NCBI GenBank assembly: GCA_963767005.1
Contig: CAVYCN010000013.1
Span: forward strand, 1 to 41,397
Reading direction: 5' to 3'
Origin: an uncultured Actinomycetes bacterium
Lineage (GTDB): Bacteria; Actinomycetota; Thermoleophilia; UBA2241
DNA length: 41,397 nucleotides
The position numbers and the translations under genes were made by a program. The notes beneath the pieces were generated by a model. The model searched no databases. It was not told the DNA's origin and saw nothing but the letters and a program-made list of their open reading frames with translations. Position 1 is the first letter of the stretch; every line of letters begins with the position of its first letter. Shown in pieces: positions 9,280 to 19,115 of the stretch.

Positions 9280-10296
9280 ATGGCCGGTCGTGACAGCAGG
9301 ACCCTGACGTTCGTCGCCCTCGCCCTCACGATCGTCTCGTCGGCCGCGGTGTTCGCCGGCGTGCGGGCCGCGCTGCGCGGCTACGACCCCTACGAGCTCG
9401 TCGTCTTTCGCTTCATCCTGGCGTCGCTGCTGCTGCTCGCCCTGGCCCGGCCGCTGCACGTGGGGCTGCCCCGCCGGCGCGACCTGCCGGCGCTGCTCGC
9501 TCTCGGCTTCTGCGGCATCGGCGTGTATCAGATCACCATGGCGATCGGCGAGCAGCACGTGACGGCGAGCGTCACGAGCATGGTGGTCGCGAGCCAGACG
9601 GTCATCACCGCCGGCCTGGCGACCATGTTCCTGGGCGAGCGCCTCGCCCGCCTGGGCTGGGTCGGGGTCCTGATCGGCTTCGCCGGCGTGGCCCTGATCT
9701 CGCTCTCGGCCGGCGGCGGGCTGCACCTCGACCTCGAGGTGCTCTGGCCGCTCGGCACCGCCGTCTCGAGCAGCATCTACTTCGTCGGGCAGAAGCCGCT
9801 GTTCGGCCGCTACACCGCCTTCGAGGTGGCGACCTGGTGCATCTGGACGGGCACCCTCTTCGTGCTGCCCTTCGCCTGGCGGCTGCCGGCCCAGGTCGCC
9901 GCCGCGCCCTGGTCGGCGACGGCCGCCGTCGTGTTCCTGGCGATCGTGCCCGGCGTCGTGTCCTACCTGTCCTGGATCTATGCGCTGTCGCGGGCTCCGG
10001 CGGCGCGCGTGGTGCAGGCGCTGTGTCTGATCCCGCCGGTCGCCGTGCTGATCGCCTTCCTGTGGCTCGGCGAGCGGCCGACCGCGTTCGAGCTGGTCGG
10101 CGGCCTGGTGACCGTGACCGGCGTGGCGATCGTCGGCCTCAAGGGCGCGCCGCCTCGGGCCGCGCCCGCCCCGGCTGTCGCAGCCACCCCGGCCGCCGCC
10201 GCCGGGCCGGGCGCCGCGCTCGCCAGACCCGCCGTGCCCGACCCGGGCGCCGCGCTGCGACGGGCTGGCGGCGGCCCGGGCGAGCGATTACGATAG
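9280..10296 (+). CDS. DMT/EamA family transporter
   Basis: About 10 TM segments in two repeats, each ending FLGE/WLGE. Confidence 0.9.
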   Translation: MAGRDSRTLTFVALALTIVSSAAVFAGVRAALRGYDPYELVVFRFILASLLLLALARPLHVGLPRRRDLPALLALGFCGIGVYQITMAIGEQHVTASVTSMVVASQTVITAGLATMFLGERLARLGWVGVLIGFAGVALISLSAGGGLHLDLEVLWPLGTAVSSSIYFVGQKPLFGRYTAFEVATWCIWTGTLFVLPFAWRLPAQVAAAPWSATAAVVFLAIVPGVVSYLSWIYALSRAPAARVVQALCLIPPVAVLIAFLWLGERPTAFELVGGLVTVTGVAIVGLKGAPPRAAPAPAVAATPAAAAGPGAALARPAVPDPGAALRRAGGGPGERLR

Positions 10297-10393
10297 GCGC
10301 CAGGAGTGTCGGGGGACACGCGCCGGCGGTCGCGGCGATCGCCGCGACCGCCGGCGCGCTTCATCTGAGGTGGCGGCCCCAAAGGATGTCGGT

Positions 10394-11038
10394 GTGAAGA
10401 CCACGAGGTTTCGCAGGGCGGTCCTCAACCTGGGACGGAGCGGCGGCACGCCGCTCACCACGATCCTCGATCGCCAGCTCGCCGAGACGATCACCGCCTG
10501 TCGTCTGGCCCGCAGCGTCGCCGAGGGCAAGACCGACCCGGCCGCGGCCCACGACCGCATGGCCGACATCGAACAGCGCGGCGACGAGCTGCGCAACGAG
10601 CTCGTCGTGAAGCTCGCCGGCGTGACCGACGCGGCGATCGACCGCGAGGACCTCTTCCGCCTGTCGCGCTCGATCGACGACGTGCTCGACAACCTGCGCG
10701 ACTTCGTGCGCGAGTGGGACCTGTACGGCATCACCGGCACCGACATCTACCTCGGCCTGCTCGACGCCACCGCGAGCGGCGTGACCGACCTGCGCGCCGC
10801 CGTGGGCACGATCGGCAAGGACCCGAAGGAGATCAGCCGCACCGCCCTCGTCTGCAAGAAGTCGGCCAACGAGATCCGGCGGCTCTACGACGTCGAGCTC
10901 GGCCGCCTGTTCCACGGCGAGCTCACCATGGACGTGATCAAGGTGCGGGAGCTGCTGCGCCGGCTCGACGTGGTCGGCCTGCGCCTGAACGAGGCGGCCG
11001 ATGTGCTGTCCGACGCCGCCGTCAAGCGGCGCGTGTGA
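10394..11038 (+). CDS. DUF47/PhoU-like phosphate transport regulator
   Basis: IEQRGDELR, DREDLFRLSRSIDDVLD motifs; GTG after AAAGGA (alternative start 10370). Confidence 0.85.
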   Translation: MKTTRFRRAVLNLGRSGGTPLTTILDRQLAETITACRLARSVAEGKTDPAAAHDRMADIEQRGDELRNELVVKLAGVTDAAIDREDLFRLSRSIDDVLDNLRDFVREWDLYGITGTDIYLGLLDATASGVTDLRAAVGTIGKDPKEISRTALVCKKSANEIRRLYDVELGRLFHGELTMDVIKVRELLRRLDVVGLRLNEAADVLSDAAVKRRV

Positions 11039-11057
11039 GGCCGTTCGAGAACGGCCT
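11038..11057 (+). terminator. Hairpin after DUF47
   Basis: AGGCCGTT / AACGGCCT inverted repeat at the stop codon; no U-tract. Confidence 0.4.
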
Positions 11058-11236
11058 GCCGCGCTCTGCCGAGCGTCGCGTAACCTTGCGAGTCGTCTGA
11101 CGACGTGATAAGAACCCGAGGGGGGCCTCACGGATACCCAACCGGATCCTCACCCGAGCACAACAAAGGCCCGTCAGTATCCGTGGACGGTCCAAAGCCG
11201 GCAGAGTCGTCTGTTATTGGCGCAGGGAGGAATGAC

Positions 11237-12442
11237 ATGAGCGAAGGGCACGATCCAGGCTCCGAGAAGTCGGGCATCACACGACGCCAGTTCGTGCAGC
11301 GTGCCGGCATCGGCGCCGTCGGCCTGGCGAGCATCGGCTCGTTGCCGGCGCTGCTCGCCGCCTGCGGCAGCAAGTCGAGCTCGGGCGGCGCGTCCGCGAG
11401 CCCGGTGGCCGCAGGGACGGCGCTGCCGAGCGGCGGCCTGTCGGCCCTCGCCGCCGCGGCCAAGTCCGAGGGCAAGATCAACACGATCGCCCTGCCGCCC
11501 GACTGGGCCAACTACGGCGCGATCATGAGCGGGTTCCAGTCCAAGTACGGCATCACCGTCAACAACGCCAACCCGAACGGCACGTCGGCCCAGGAGAACC
11601 AGGCGATCCAGACCCTCAAGGGTCAGTCGCGCGCGCCCGACGTCGTCGACGTCGGTCCGTCCTTTGCCGCCGCCGGCAAGACCAGCGGCCTCTACACGCC
11701 GTACTTCGTGCAGACCTGGGCCACTATCCCCGACAGCATGAAGGATCCCGCCGGCTACTGGTACGGCGACTACTACGGCGTGATCTCCTTCGGCACCAAC
11801 ACCACCGTGCAGAAGAACCCGCCCGAGGACTGGTCCGACCTGCTGAACCCGCGCTACAAGGGACAGGTCGCGATCGACGGTGACCCGCGTTCGGCCAACG
11901 ACGCATTCTCGGCCGTCATGGCCGCCTCGCTTGCCAACGGCGGCTCGCTCGACGACATCGAGCCCGGCATCAACTTCTTCGCCAAGCTCAAGAAGAACGG
12001 CAACTACATCCCGGCCGACGCCCTGCCGGCCAACATCGCCAAGGGCTCCACGCCGATCGCCATCATCTGGGACTACCTGAACCTGGCGAACAAGAAGAGC
12101 TTCGCCGGCAACCCGCCCTACACGGTGTCCATCCCCAAGAGCGGCGTCTACGGCGGCTTCTACTGCCAGGCGATCAACGCCAACGCTCCCGACCCGCAGG
12201 CGGCGCGCCTCTGGCAGGAGTACATCTACTCCGACGAAGGCCAGCTGCTCTACCTGGCCGGCTTCACGCACCCGGCGCGCTACGCCGACCTGGCCAAGCG
12301 CAACGCGATTCCCGCTGCGCTGGCCGCCACGCTGCCGCCGGCGAGCGAGTACGCCGGCATCCAGTTCGCCACGCAGGACCAGCTCACGGCCGCGACCAAG
12401 ACCCTCACCGACCAGTGGGGCCCGAAGGTCGCCGGCAAGTAA
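11237..12442 (+). CDS. ABC transporter substrate-binding lipoprotein (putative polyamine/PotD-like class), Tat-exported
   Basis: TRRQFV twin-arginine motif, LLAAC lipobox, ALPPDWANYG, APDVVDVG; GGGAGG RBS. Confidence 0.9.
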   Translation: MSEGHDPGSEKSGITRRQFVQRAGIGAVGLASIGSLPALLAACGSKSSSGGASASPVAAGTALPSGGLSALAAAAKSEGKINTIALPPDWANYGAIMSGFQSKYGITVNNANPNGTSAQENQAIQTLKGQSRAPDVVDVGPSFAAAGKTSGLYTPYFVQTWATIPDSMKDPAGYWYGDYYGVISFGTNTTVQKNPPEDWSDLLNPRYKGQVAIDGDPRSANDAFSAVMAASLANGGSLDDIEPGINFFAKLKKNGNYIPADALPANIAKGSTPIAIIWDYLNLANKKSFAGNPPYTVSIPKSGVYGGFYCQAINANAPDPQAARLWQEYIYSDEGQLLYLAGFTHPARYADLAKRNAIPAALAATLPPASEYAGIQFATQDQLTAATKTLTDQWGPKVAGK

Positions 12443-12488
12443 CTGAGGAGAACGTGCGGCACCAGCTCGAGCAGACGGTAACGAGCGC

Positions 12489-13448
12489 ATGACCGACGAG
12501 GTCATTGCGGAGCAACAGGACGACGCTCTGAACGCACTCGAGACCAACGCTCCGGCGGCGTCGCGCAAGCGCGCGAGGCGCCCGCGCCGGGCCGGCAAGG
12601 CCCGGCGCGGGCTCCTCACTTGGCTCGTCGTCTTGCCATTCTTCGCTTACGCGGCCTTCTTCATGGCCGTGCCGGTCGTCGTCCTCATCGTCAAGACCTT
12701 CCAGTCGCCGAGCGGCACGATCACGCTGAGCCAGGTACACGACCTGTTCTCGGGTCAGTACCGCGCCGCTTTCGTGGCCAGCATCCAGGTCAGTCTGACC
12801 AGTGCCGCCATCGGCACCCTCTTTGGGCTCTTCGTCGCCTACGCGGCGGTCCACGGGCACGGCCCGCGCTGGATCCAGCCCGTGCTGACCACGTTCTCGG
12901 GCGTGGCCTCGAACTTCGCCGGCATCCCGCTGGCTTTCGCCTTCGTCGCCACCCTCGGCTCGACCGGTGTCGTGACCCTGTTGCTCAAGCACGCCGGCCT
13001 CGATATCTACGGCCACGGGTTCACGCTCTACAGCCTGCTCGGCCTGTCGCTCGTGTACGTCTACTTCCAGCTCCCGCTCATGATCCTCATGATCGCACCG
13101 TCGCTGGAAGGCCTGCGCAAGGAGTGGCGCGAGGCGGCCGAGAACCTTGGCGCGACGCAATGGCAGTACTGGTGGCACGTGGGCCTGCCCGTGCTGCTGC
13201 CAAGCCTGGCCGGCGCCCTCGTGCTGCTCTTCGGCAACGCCTTCAGCGCCTACGCCACGCCCTACGCCCTGACGGGCGGCGGCATCTCGCTGGTGCCGAT
13301 CCTCATCGGCTCGGTGCTGTCGGGCAACGTCGTGATCAGCAACCCGCGTCTGGGCGACTCGCTCGCCTTCGGCATGATCGTGATCGTCGGCATCACGGTG
13401 TTCCTGTACTCCCTGCTGCAACGGAGAGCGGCCAAGTGGCTGAGGTAG
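12489..13448 (+). CDS. ABC permease (PotB-like)
   Basis: TM segments and EAA motif REAAENLGA. Confidence 0.92.
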   Translation: MTDEVIAEQQDDALNALETNAPAASRKRARRPRRAGKARRGLLTWLVVLPFFAYAAFFMAVPVVVLIVKTFQSPSGTITLSQVHDLFSGQYRAAFVASIQVSLTSAAIGTLFGLFVAYAAVHGHGPRWIQPVLTTFSGVASNFAGIPLAFAFVATLGSTGVVTLLLKHAGLDIYGHGFTLYSLLGLSLVYVYFQLPLMILMIAPSLEGLRKEWREAAENLGATQWQYWWHVGLPVLLPSLAGALVLLFGNAFSAYATPYALTGGGISLVPILIGSVLSGNVVISNPRLGDSLAFGMIVIVGITVFLYSLLQRRAAKWLR

Positions 13449-13452
13449 GGCG

Positions 13453-14328
13453 ATGAGCATGGCAGCGCCGGGCACGCGGCCCGTCATGACGCCGCCGTCG
13501 ATGCTTGAGCACAAACCGAGGCGTCGGTCCAAGCGCGGCCACATGTCCTTCTGGACGTGGTTCTGGCTCGTCGCGGCGGCGCTCTACTTTCTCGTGCCGC
13601 TCTTCTCGACGGCGCTGTTCAGCATCGATACCGGCGTGCACAAGCACGGCCTCCATTGGTACGCCAAGACGTTCAGCGACCCCCAGTTCCGTTCGACCCT
13701 CGAGCTGTCGCTCAAGATCGCCATCGAGACGGTGATCATCAGCCTCGCGCTCATGGTGCCGACCGTCTACTGGATCCACCTCAAGCTGCCGCGGCTGCGT
13801 CCGATCATGGACGTCATCTCGATCCTGCCGTTCGTGGTGCCGCCGGTGGCCCTGGTGGTAGGTCTCTCGGGCGCTTTCACCGTCATGCCCTGGCTGCTGA
13901 GCAACTGGTGGCTGATCCTGCCGCTCGTGTACGTGATCCTGGCGCTGCCCTTCACCTACCGCTCGCTCGACGCGGGCATGCGGGCGATCGACGTGCGCAC
14001 GCTGACCGAGGCGGCCCAGAGCTGCGGCGCACCCGCCTGGAAGACCCTCTTGTTCGTGATCCTGCCGAACATCCGCACGGCCATGCTCGGCGGCGCGTTC
14101 CTCACCCTGGCGATCGTGATGGGCGAATACACCATCTCGAGCCTGCTGCTCTTCAACACGTTCGCAGTCTATGTCTACTATATCGGCAACACACAGGCGT
14201 ACCAGGCATCGGCCCTCGCGATCATCAGCTTCGGGCTGACGTGGGGCGCCATGATGGCGCTGTTCCTCTTCTCACGCGGGCGCGGCCGGGCCGGCGTCGT
14301 GGGTCAAGGCGCGCCGATCGGCCGGTGA
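13453..14328 (+). CDS. ABC permease (PotC-like)
   Basis: TM segments and EAA motif TEAAQSCGA. Confidence 0.92.
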   Translation: MSMAAPGTRPVMTPPSMLEHKPRRRSKRGHMSFWTWFWLVAAALYFLVPLFSTALFSIDTGVHKHGLHWYAKTFSDPQFRSTLELSLKIAIETVIISLALMVPTVYWIHLKLPRLRPIMDVISILPFVVPPVALVVGLSGAFTVMPWLLSNWWLILPLVYVILALPFTYRSLDAGMRAIDVRTLTEAAQSCGAPAWKTLLFVILPNIRTAMLGGAFLTLAIVMGEYTISSLLLFNTFAVYVYYIGNTQAYQASALAIISFGLTWGAMMALFLFSRGRGRAGVVGQGAPIGR

Positions 14329-14337
14329 GGAGCGAGC

Positions 14338-15405
14338 ATGTCCACACTTGATCTTCAGGGTATCCGCAAGGTGTTTGGCGCGACGGTGGCGCTCGAGGAG
14401 CTGTCGATGTCGATCGCGTCGGGCGAGCTCGTATCGCTGCTCGGACCGAGTGGGTGCGGCAAGACCACCGCTTTGCGGATCGTCGCCGGGTTCGAGGCGC
14501 CGAGCAGCGGCGAGCTGCTGGTAGATGGCGAGGATTTCGTCGCGGTGCCGGCCGCCAAGCGCAACATGGGCATGGTCTTCCAAGCCTACAGCCTGTTCCC
14601 CAACATGACGGCTCGCCAGAACGTGGAGTTCGGCATGCGCATGCGCCACAAGCCGCGCGCCGACTGTCGCAAGCGAGCCGAGGAGCTGCTTGGCCTGGTC
14701 GGTCTGGCCGAGCGCGTCGCCAACTACCCGCACGAGCTGTCGGGCGGCCAGCAGCAGCGCGTCGCCTTGGCCCGCGCCCTTGCCATCGAGCCCGCCATCC
14801 TGCTGCTCGACGAGCCGCTGTCGGCGCTCGACGCCAAGGTGCGCGTCGAGCTGCGCCAGCAGATCCGCGGGGTGCAGACGCGCCTCGGCATCACCACGCT
14901 CTACGTCACCCACGACCAGGAAGAGGCGTTGTCGATCTCCGACCGCATCGCCGTGATGTCGCAGGGCAACCTCGAGCAGGTCGGCGCGCCGGCCGACATC
15001 TACCGCAGCCCGCGCACTGAGTTCGTGGCGAACTTCGTGGGCCTGATGAACGGCTTCGAGGGTCGTTTGCAGTCCGCCGACACGGTGCTGGTCGGCGCCG
15101 GCGAGCGGCCCGTACCGGTCACCGAGCCCAACGGCTGCGCCGCCGGCGACCACGTGATGGTCCTCATCCGGCCAGAGTCGATCGAGCTGCACGAACTCGC
15201 CGACGGCGCTGCCCCGCCTGAGGGCACGTTCGAGGGCAAGGTCGCCATGCATACGTTCCTCGGCTCGGTCACGCGCGTCACCCTGTCGTCGGACCTCGGC
15301 GACCTGGTCGCCGACGAGCCCAGCCTGCGCGCCCTCACCATGCCGCCCGGCACGCGCGTCTCCGTGCGCATCGACCCGGTCGGCGTGCGCATGCTCAAGC
15401 GCTAG
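14338..15405 (+). CDS. ABC ATPase (PotA-like, C-terminal TOBE domain)
   Basis: GPSGCGKT, LSGGQQQRVALARAL, LLLDEP, YVTHDQEEA. Confidence 0.95.
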   Translation: MSTLDLQGIRKVFGATVALEELSMSIASGELVSLLGPSGCGKTTALRIVAGFEAPSSGELLVDGEDFVAVPAAKRNMGMVFQAYSLFPNMTARQNVEFGMRMRHKPRADCRKRAEELLGLVGLAERVANYPHELSGGQQQRVALARALAIEPAILLLDEPLSALDAKVRVELRQQIRGVQTRLGITTLYVTHDQEEALSISDRIAVMSQGNLEQVGAPADIYRSPRTEFVANFVGLMNGFEGRLQSADTVLVGAGERPVPVTEPNGCAAGDHVMVLIRPESIELHELADGAAPPEGTFEGKVAMHTFLGSVTRVTLSSDLGDLVADEPSLRALTMPPGTRVSVRIDPVGVRMLKR

Positions 15406-15406
15406 C

Positions 15407-15826
15407 TCAGGCCGCGGCCCGGCCCTCGACGATCTCCTTGAAGGCGTCGAGGCCCTCGGTCACGCGACGCTCCATCCACTCCGAAATGACCGCGGGGTCG
15501 CCCGCCCAGGCCTCGGGATCGTACTCGAGCTGGTAGGTGACGCTGGTGCGCCCCGCGCCGAGCTTCTCGAAGCGCACCTCGCCGACCTCGCGTCCGTCGG
15601 CGGCGCGCCACTCGATCTTCTGCTCGTCGACGTGGTCTACGAGGTCGGTGTCCCACTCGTGGGTCACGCCCTCGATCTCGGCCACCCACAGCAGCCGGTC
15701 GTCGGGGACGAGCGTCACCGACTCGATGGCGATCATGAAGTCGGGATAGTCCTCGAAGGCGACCCACTGCGCGTAGACGTCGCGCACGTCGGCTTCTACC
15801 TCGATGGTGCTGTCGATGAAGGCCAT
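15407..15826 (-). CDS. SRPBCC/polyketide cyclase family protein
   Basis: IEVEADVRDVYAQWVAFEDYPDFM..L..FKEIVE; AAGGAG RBS. Confidence 0.88.
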   Translation of the reverse strand: MAFIDSTIEVEADVRDVYAQWVAFEDYPDFMIAIESVTLVPDDRLLWVAEIEGVTHEWDTDLVDHVDEQKIEWRAADGREVGEVRFEKLGAGRTSVTYQLEYDPEAWAGDPAVISEWMERRVTEGLDAFKEIVEGRAAA

Positions 15827-16264
15827 GCCGCTCCTTTCGTCGCACCGCTCGCCGGGAACGTCGTCAGCTCGCGATGCAGCCGCGCCACTCGCCCGTGGCT
15901 CTCGCCACGGCTCTCGCTGAGGTGCTCGAAGTTCTCGAGCTTCTGGGGCCCTTGCCCGTGCCGGCTGCACCGTTAACCGATGCCGGCCGGGCGTCGGGTG
16001 CGGCCGCGGTCTCGGCGCGCACGTGCAGGAGTACGGCGAGGGCGCACCAGGTCGGCGCGGAGGTGACGACGCGCATGACCAAGGCCCAGGTCGCCGGGGC
16101 CGTCGACCGCAAGCAGTAGCGCCCGCAAGACGGGTGCGGGCAGCGGGCCGCCGCCGCCCGCGCCGCCGCCCGACGGACTGTCGGCGAGGTCATCCGGGAA
16201 CAGGACGTTTGTGGCCTTTGCCACCTTCGGTAGGACCAGACGGACACGAAAGGAAGGTGCCACG

Positions 16265-16420
16265 TTGCTGGCTCTGCTTCTTCTTCTCCTTCTCGTCGCC
16301 GTGTTCTTCGGCCTCGGCTTCGTCGTGAAGTGGCTGTTCATCATCGCGGCCGTCCTGGCGATCGTCTGGATCGTCGGCTTCTTCGCGAGGGGCGCCTCGA
16401 CGCGCTGGTATCGCTGGTGA
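16265..16420 (+). CDS. Small actinobacterial hydrophobic membrane protein (51 aa)
   Basis: Two TM segments ending RWYRW; TTG start after AAGGAAGG. Confidence 0.8.
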   Translation: MLALLLLLLLVAVFFGLGFVVKWLFIIAAVLAIVWIVGFFARGASTRWYRW

Positions 16421-16450
16421 AGCGCTGGGCGACGGGGTCCTGACACAGTG

Positions 16451-16479
16451 AGGGCGGGCGGCCGCGGGCCGCCCGCCCT
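16451..16479 (+). terminator. Intrinsic terminator-like hairpin
   Basis: AGGGCGGGCGGCC-gcg-GGCCGCCCGCCCT perfect 13-bp stem 30 nt after a stop codon. Confidence 0.7.
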
Positions 16480-16574
16480 TCGTCTGTCGGTGCTCTCCCG
16501 GGCTCGTGCCGGCGTGTCCGGGGCCGCCGTGCGGCACGTGGCGGGCCGGCCTCAGGCGGCGCGGGCCTGAACGC

Positions 16575-16645
16575 GCGTCGGCGATGAAGCTCAGGAGCTC
16601 CCGGTTGACGACGTCGGGGTGGGTCCAGGGGATGCCGTTGCGGGG
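16575..16645 (-). pseudogene. C-terminal remnant of a non-heme haloperoxidase-type alpha/beta hydrolase
   Basis: Minus-strand translation GIPWTHPDVVNRELLSFI matches the PHG..WTH..VN..LL.F C-terminal pattern; the rest of the gene is absent. Confidence 0.55.
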
Positions 16646-16699
16646 ACTAGGGAGGCGTCGAGCCGGCTACGGCGGGGGTGATGAGCGTGCTGGGGCGAG

Positions 16700-17059
16700 T
16701 CGTAGTCGGCGGCGGTTTGCGCAAGATGGGGTCGAGAAAGCTGTGGGCGGCAAGCTCGGCGAGACTGACTGCGAAGAGCGGGTAGGCGATCAGGTACGAG
16801 GCGCGCACGTAGGCGTCGAGGCGCTCGGTACGGCGGGAGCGGCAGATGCGCTCGACGAGGGCTCAGGGCTAGATCTGCAGGCGGTCCGAGACCGCGTGCA
16901 GCAGCCGGCTTGCTCGTGAACAGGCGGCGCACCGTGGCCGGGGCCGTGTGGGCTGAGGGCGACGTTCTCGATCGTGACGGCGTCGAAACCCTCGTCGATC
17001 AGCAGCTGGCGGGCCACTGTGATGATGTGCCGCGCGGTCGGCGAGAGCTCGTCAGCCAC
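16700..17059 (-). pseudogene. TetR-family regulator, multiply frameshifted
   Basis: TARHIITVARQLLIDEGFDAVTIENVA followed, in other frames, by ATVRRLFTSK and further helical segments. Confidence 0.65.
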
Positions 17060-17138
17060 TCCGAGCTGGTGCGCGGATCGGGGTAGCGCCGCGGCCGGCC
17101 GCGGCGTGGCCTCTGCTCGCCCTCGTCATTTCATGTCC

Positions 17139-17166
17139 TTGACAGATGAGAACGGCACCGTAGCGT
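17139..17166 (+). promoter_or_regulatory. Sigma70-like promoter of the binding-protein gene
   Basis: TTGACA-N16-TAGCGT; -35 overlaps a TGTC-ctt-GACA palindrome. Confidence 0.45.
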
Positions 17167-17230
17167 CGCCAGTGTAGCGCACGGGGCCGCGATGCGGCGC
17201 CGGCGCCGGGTCGTCGCGGGAGGGGTGGAC

Positions 17231-19066
17231 ATGCAGCAGAGGTCACGTCGGTAGCGGAACGGACTGGCGCTCGCTGTGGCCGCGGTGCTGGCCGCCGGCG
17301 TCACGTGGGGAGTGGTGGGCGCCCTGGCCGCCGCGAGCCCGACCCCGTCGGCGTCGTCGGGCGCCCTGATCCTCCACGTCGGCTGGACGACCGAGCCCGA
17401 CAACCTGAACCCGTTCATCGGCTACGAGTCGTCGGCCCTCGAGATCTTCCACCTGAACTACGACTTCCTGGTGGGCTTCCGGGCGGGCGACCTGCAGCCG
17501 CAGCCCGAGCTCGCGACGAGCTGGTCGCACTCGCCCGACGGCAAGACCTGGATCTTCCACCTGCGCCGCGGCGTGACCTGGCAGGACGGCGCGCCGTTCA
17601 CGGCGCGCGACGTCGTCTTCACGTACGAGACGATCATCAAGGACCAGGCGAGCAACTTCACGACCTACACGGGCTTCATCAAGGACGTCGTCGCGCTCGA
17701 CGACCACACCGTGCGGTTCGACTGCACGAGCCCCAAGGCGAACATGCTCGGCATGGTCGTCTACATCCTGCCGGCTCACGTCTGGTCCAAGGTCTCGGCC
17801 AAGACCCTCGCCAGCAGCTACCCGAACGACCCGCCACTCGTGGGGACCGGGCCGTTCCAGACCGTCCAGTGGGTCAAGGGCAACTACGTCCGCCTGGTCG
17901 CCAACAAGCACTACTGGCGCGGCGCCCCCAAGATCGACGAGATCATCTTCCAGTACTACACGAACTCCGACACCATGGCCTCCGACCTCAAGGCTGGCCG
18001 GCTGCAGCTCGCCTGGGACATCCCCCAGGCGCAGGTCGCCAGCACGAACGGCCGTGACGGCCTGACGGCCTACGGCGGCGTGCTCAACGGCTTCGACGAG
18101 CTCGGCTTCAACTGCTACACGGGGGCGTCGTAGCTCGGCGCCGGCGTGCTGCGCGACTGGCGGTTCCGGCAGGCGCTGCAGTGCGCGGTCGACAAGCAGA
18201 AGATCGTGCAGATCGGCTACGAGGGTCACGCGGTGCCGGCGACCACCATCATCCGCGCCGGCTATTACAGGCAGCCGCTCGACTGGCACTGGCAGCCGCC
18301 GGCCGACCAGACGTACACGTTCGACCTCGCCAAGGCCGGCCAGATGCTGACGGCGGCCGGCTATCCGCTGCGCAACGGGGTGCGGGTCGACAGGAGCGGC
18401 AAGCCGATCGTGCTGCGACTGTTCGCCCGCAGCGAGTCGGTGACCGACCAGCAGGTCGCCAAGCTCATCGTGGGCTGGTTCGGGGAGCTCGGCCTGAAGG
18501 TCAAGCTCACGATCATGGACGAGGGCACGCTGACGTCGCACATCTTCAACACGACGGGCGCCGGGGTCTACGCGCCCGACTACGACATGTTCCTGTGGTA
18601 CTGGTACAGCGACCCCGACCCCGACTTCATCCTGTCGGTGCTCACCAAGAGCCAGATCAATGGCTGGGGCGACACCGGCTTCGACGACCCCGCCTACGAC
18701 GCTCTCTACGCTCGCCAGGAGGTGACGGTCGACCCCCAGGCCCGCAAGCAGATCGTCTGGCAGATGCAGCAGCTCATCTACCGGGAATCGCCCTACATCC
18801 CGCTCGTCTATCCGGAGTGGCTCGAGGCCTACAACAGCAAGGACTGGAGCGGCTGGGTGCGCTCGCCGGCCGGCAACGGACCGGTGTTCTACTCCGAGTA
18901 CAACATCGACACGTTCCTCGACGTCCACCCCATCGCCACGGCGAGCGGCGGCGGCAGCCCGGTCGGCCTGTGGGCCGGTGCCGGCGCGGCGGCGATCGTC
19001 GTCGTGATCGTCGTCGCCGTGGTGCTGGGCCGGCGCGGACGGCAACAGGCGGTGGAGGAGGCGTGA
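17231..19066 (+). CDS. Family 5 (Opp/Dpp) ABC solute-binding protein with C-terminal TM anchor, interrupted by two in-frame TAG codons
   Basis: LATSWSHSPDGKTWIFHLRRGVTWQDGAPFTARDV signature, GTGPF, FRQAL; ATG 17231 after GGAGGGG; TAG at 17252 and 18131 in the same frame. Confidence 0.8.
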
Positions 19067-19115
19067 TGCCGCGGACACGGAGGCGCATGAACGACTGTGA
19101 CCAAAGGAGGGTCGG

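Noticed and set aside
15874-16119. 81-aa ORF in the gap between SRPBCC and the small membrane protein
   Set aside because: No RBS or recognisable motif; cannot be supported
17231-19066. Genome-wide TAG reassignment
   Set aside because: TAG ends several genes at their expected C-termini (4151, 13448, 15405, 25116, 37208)
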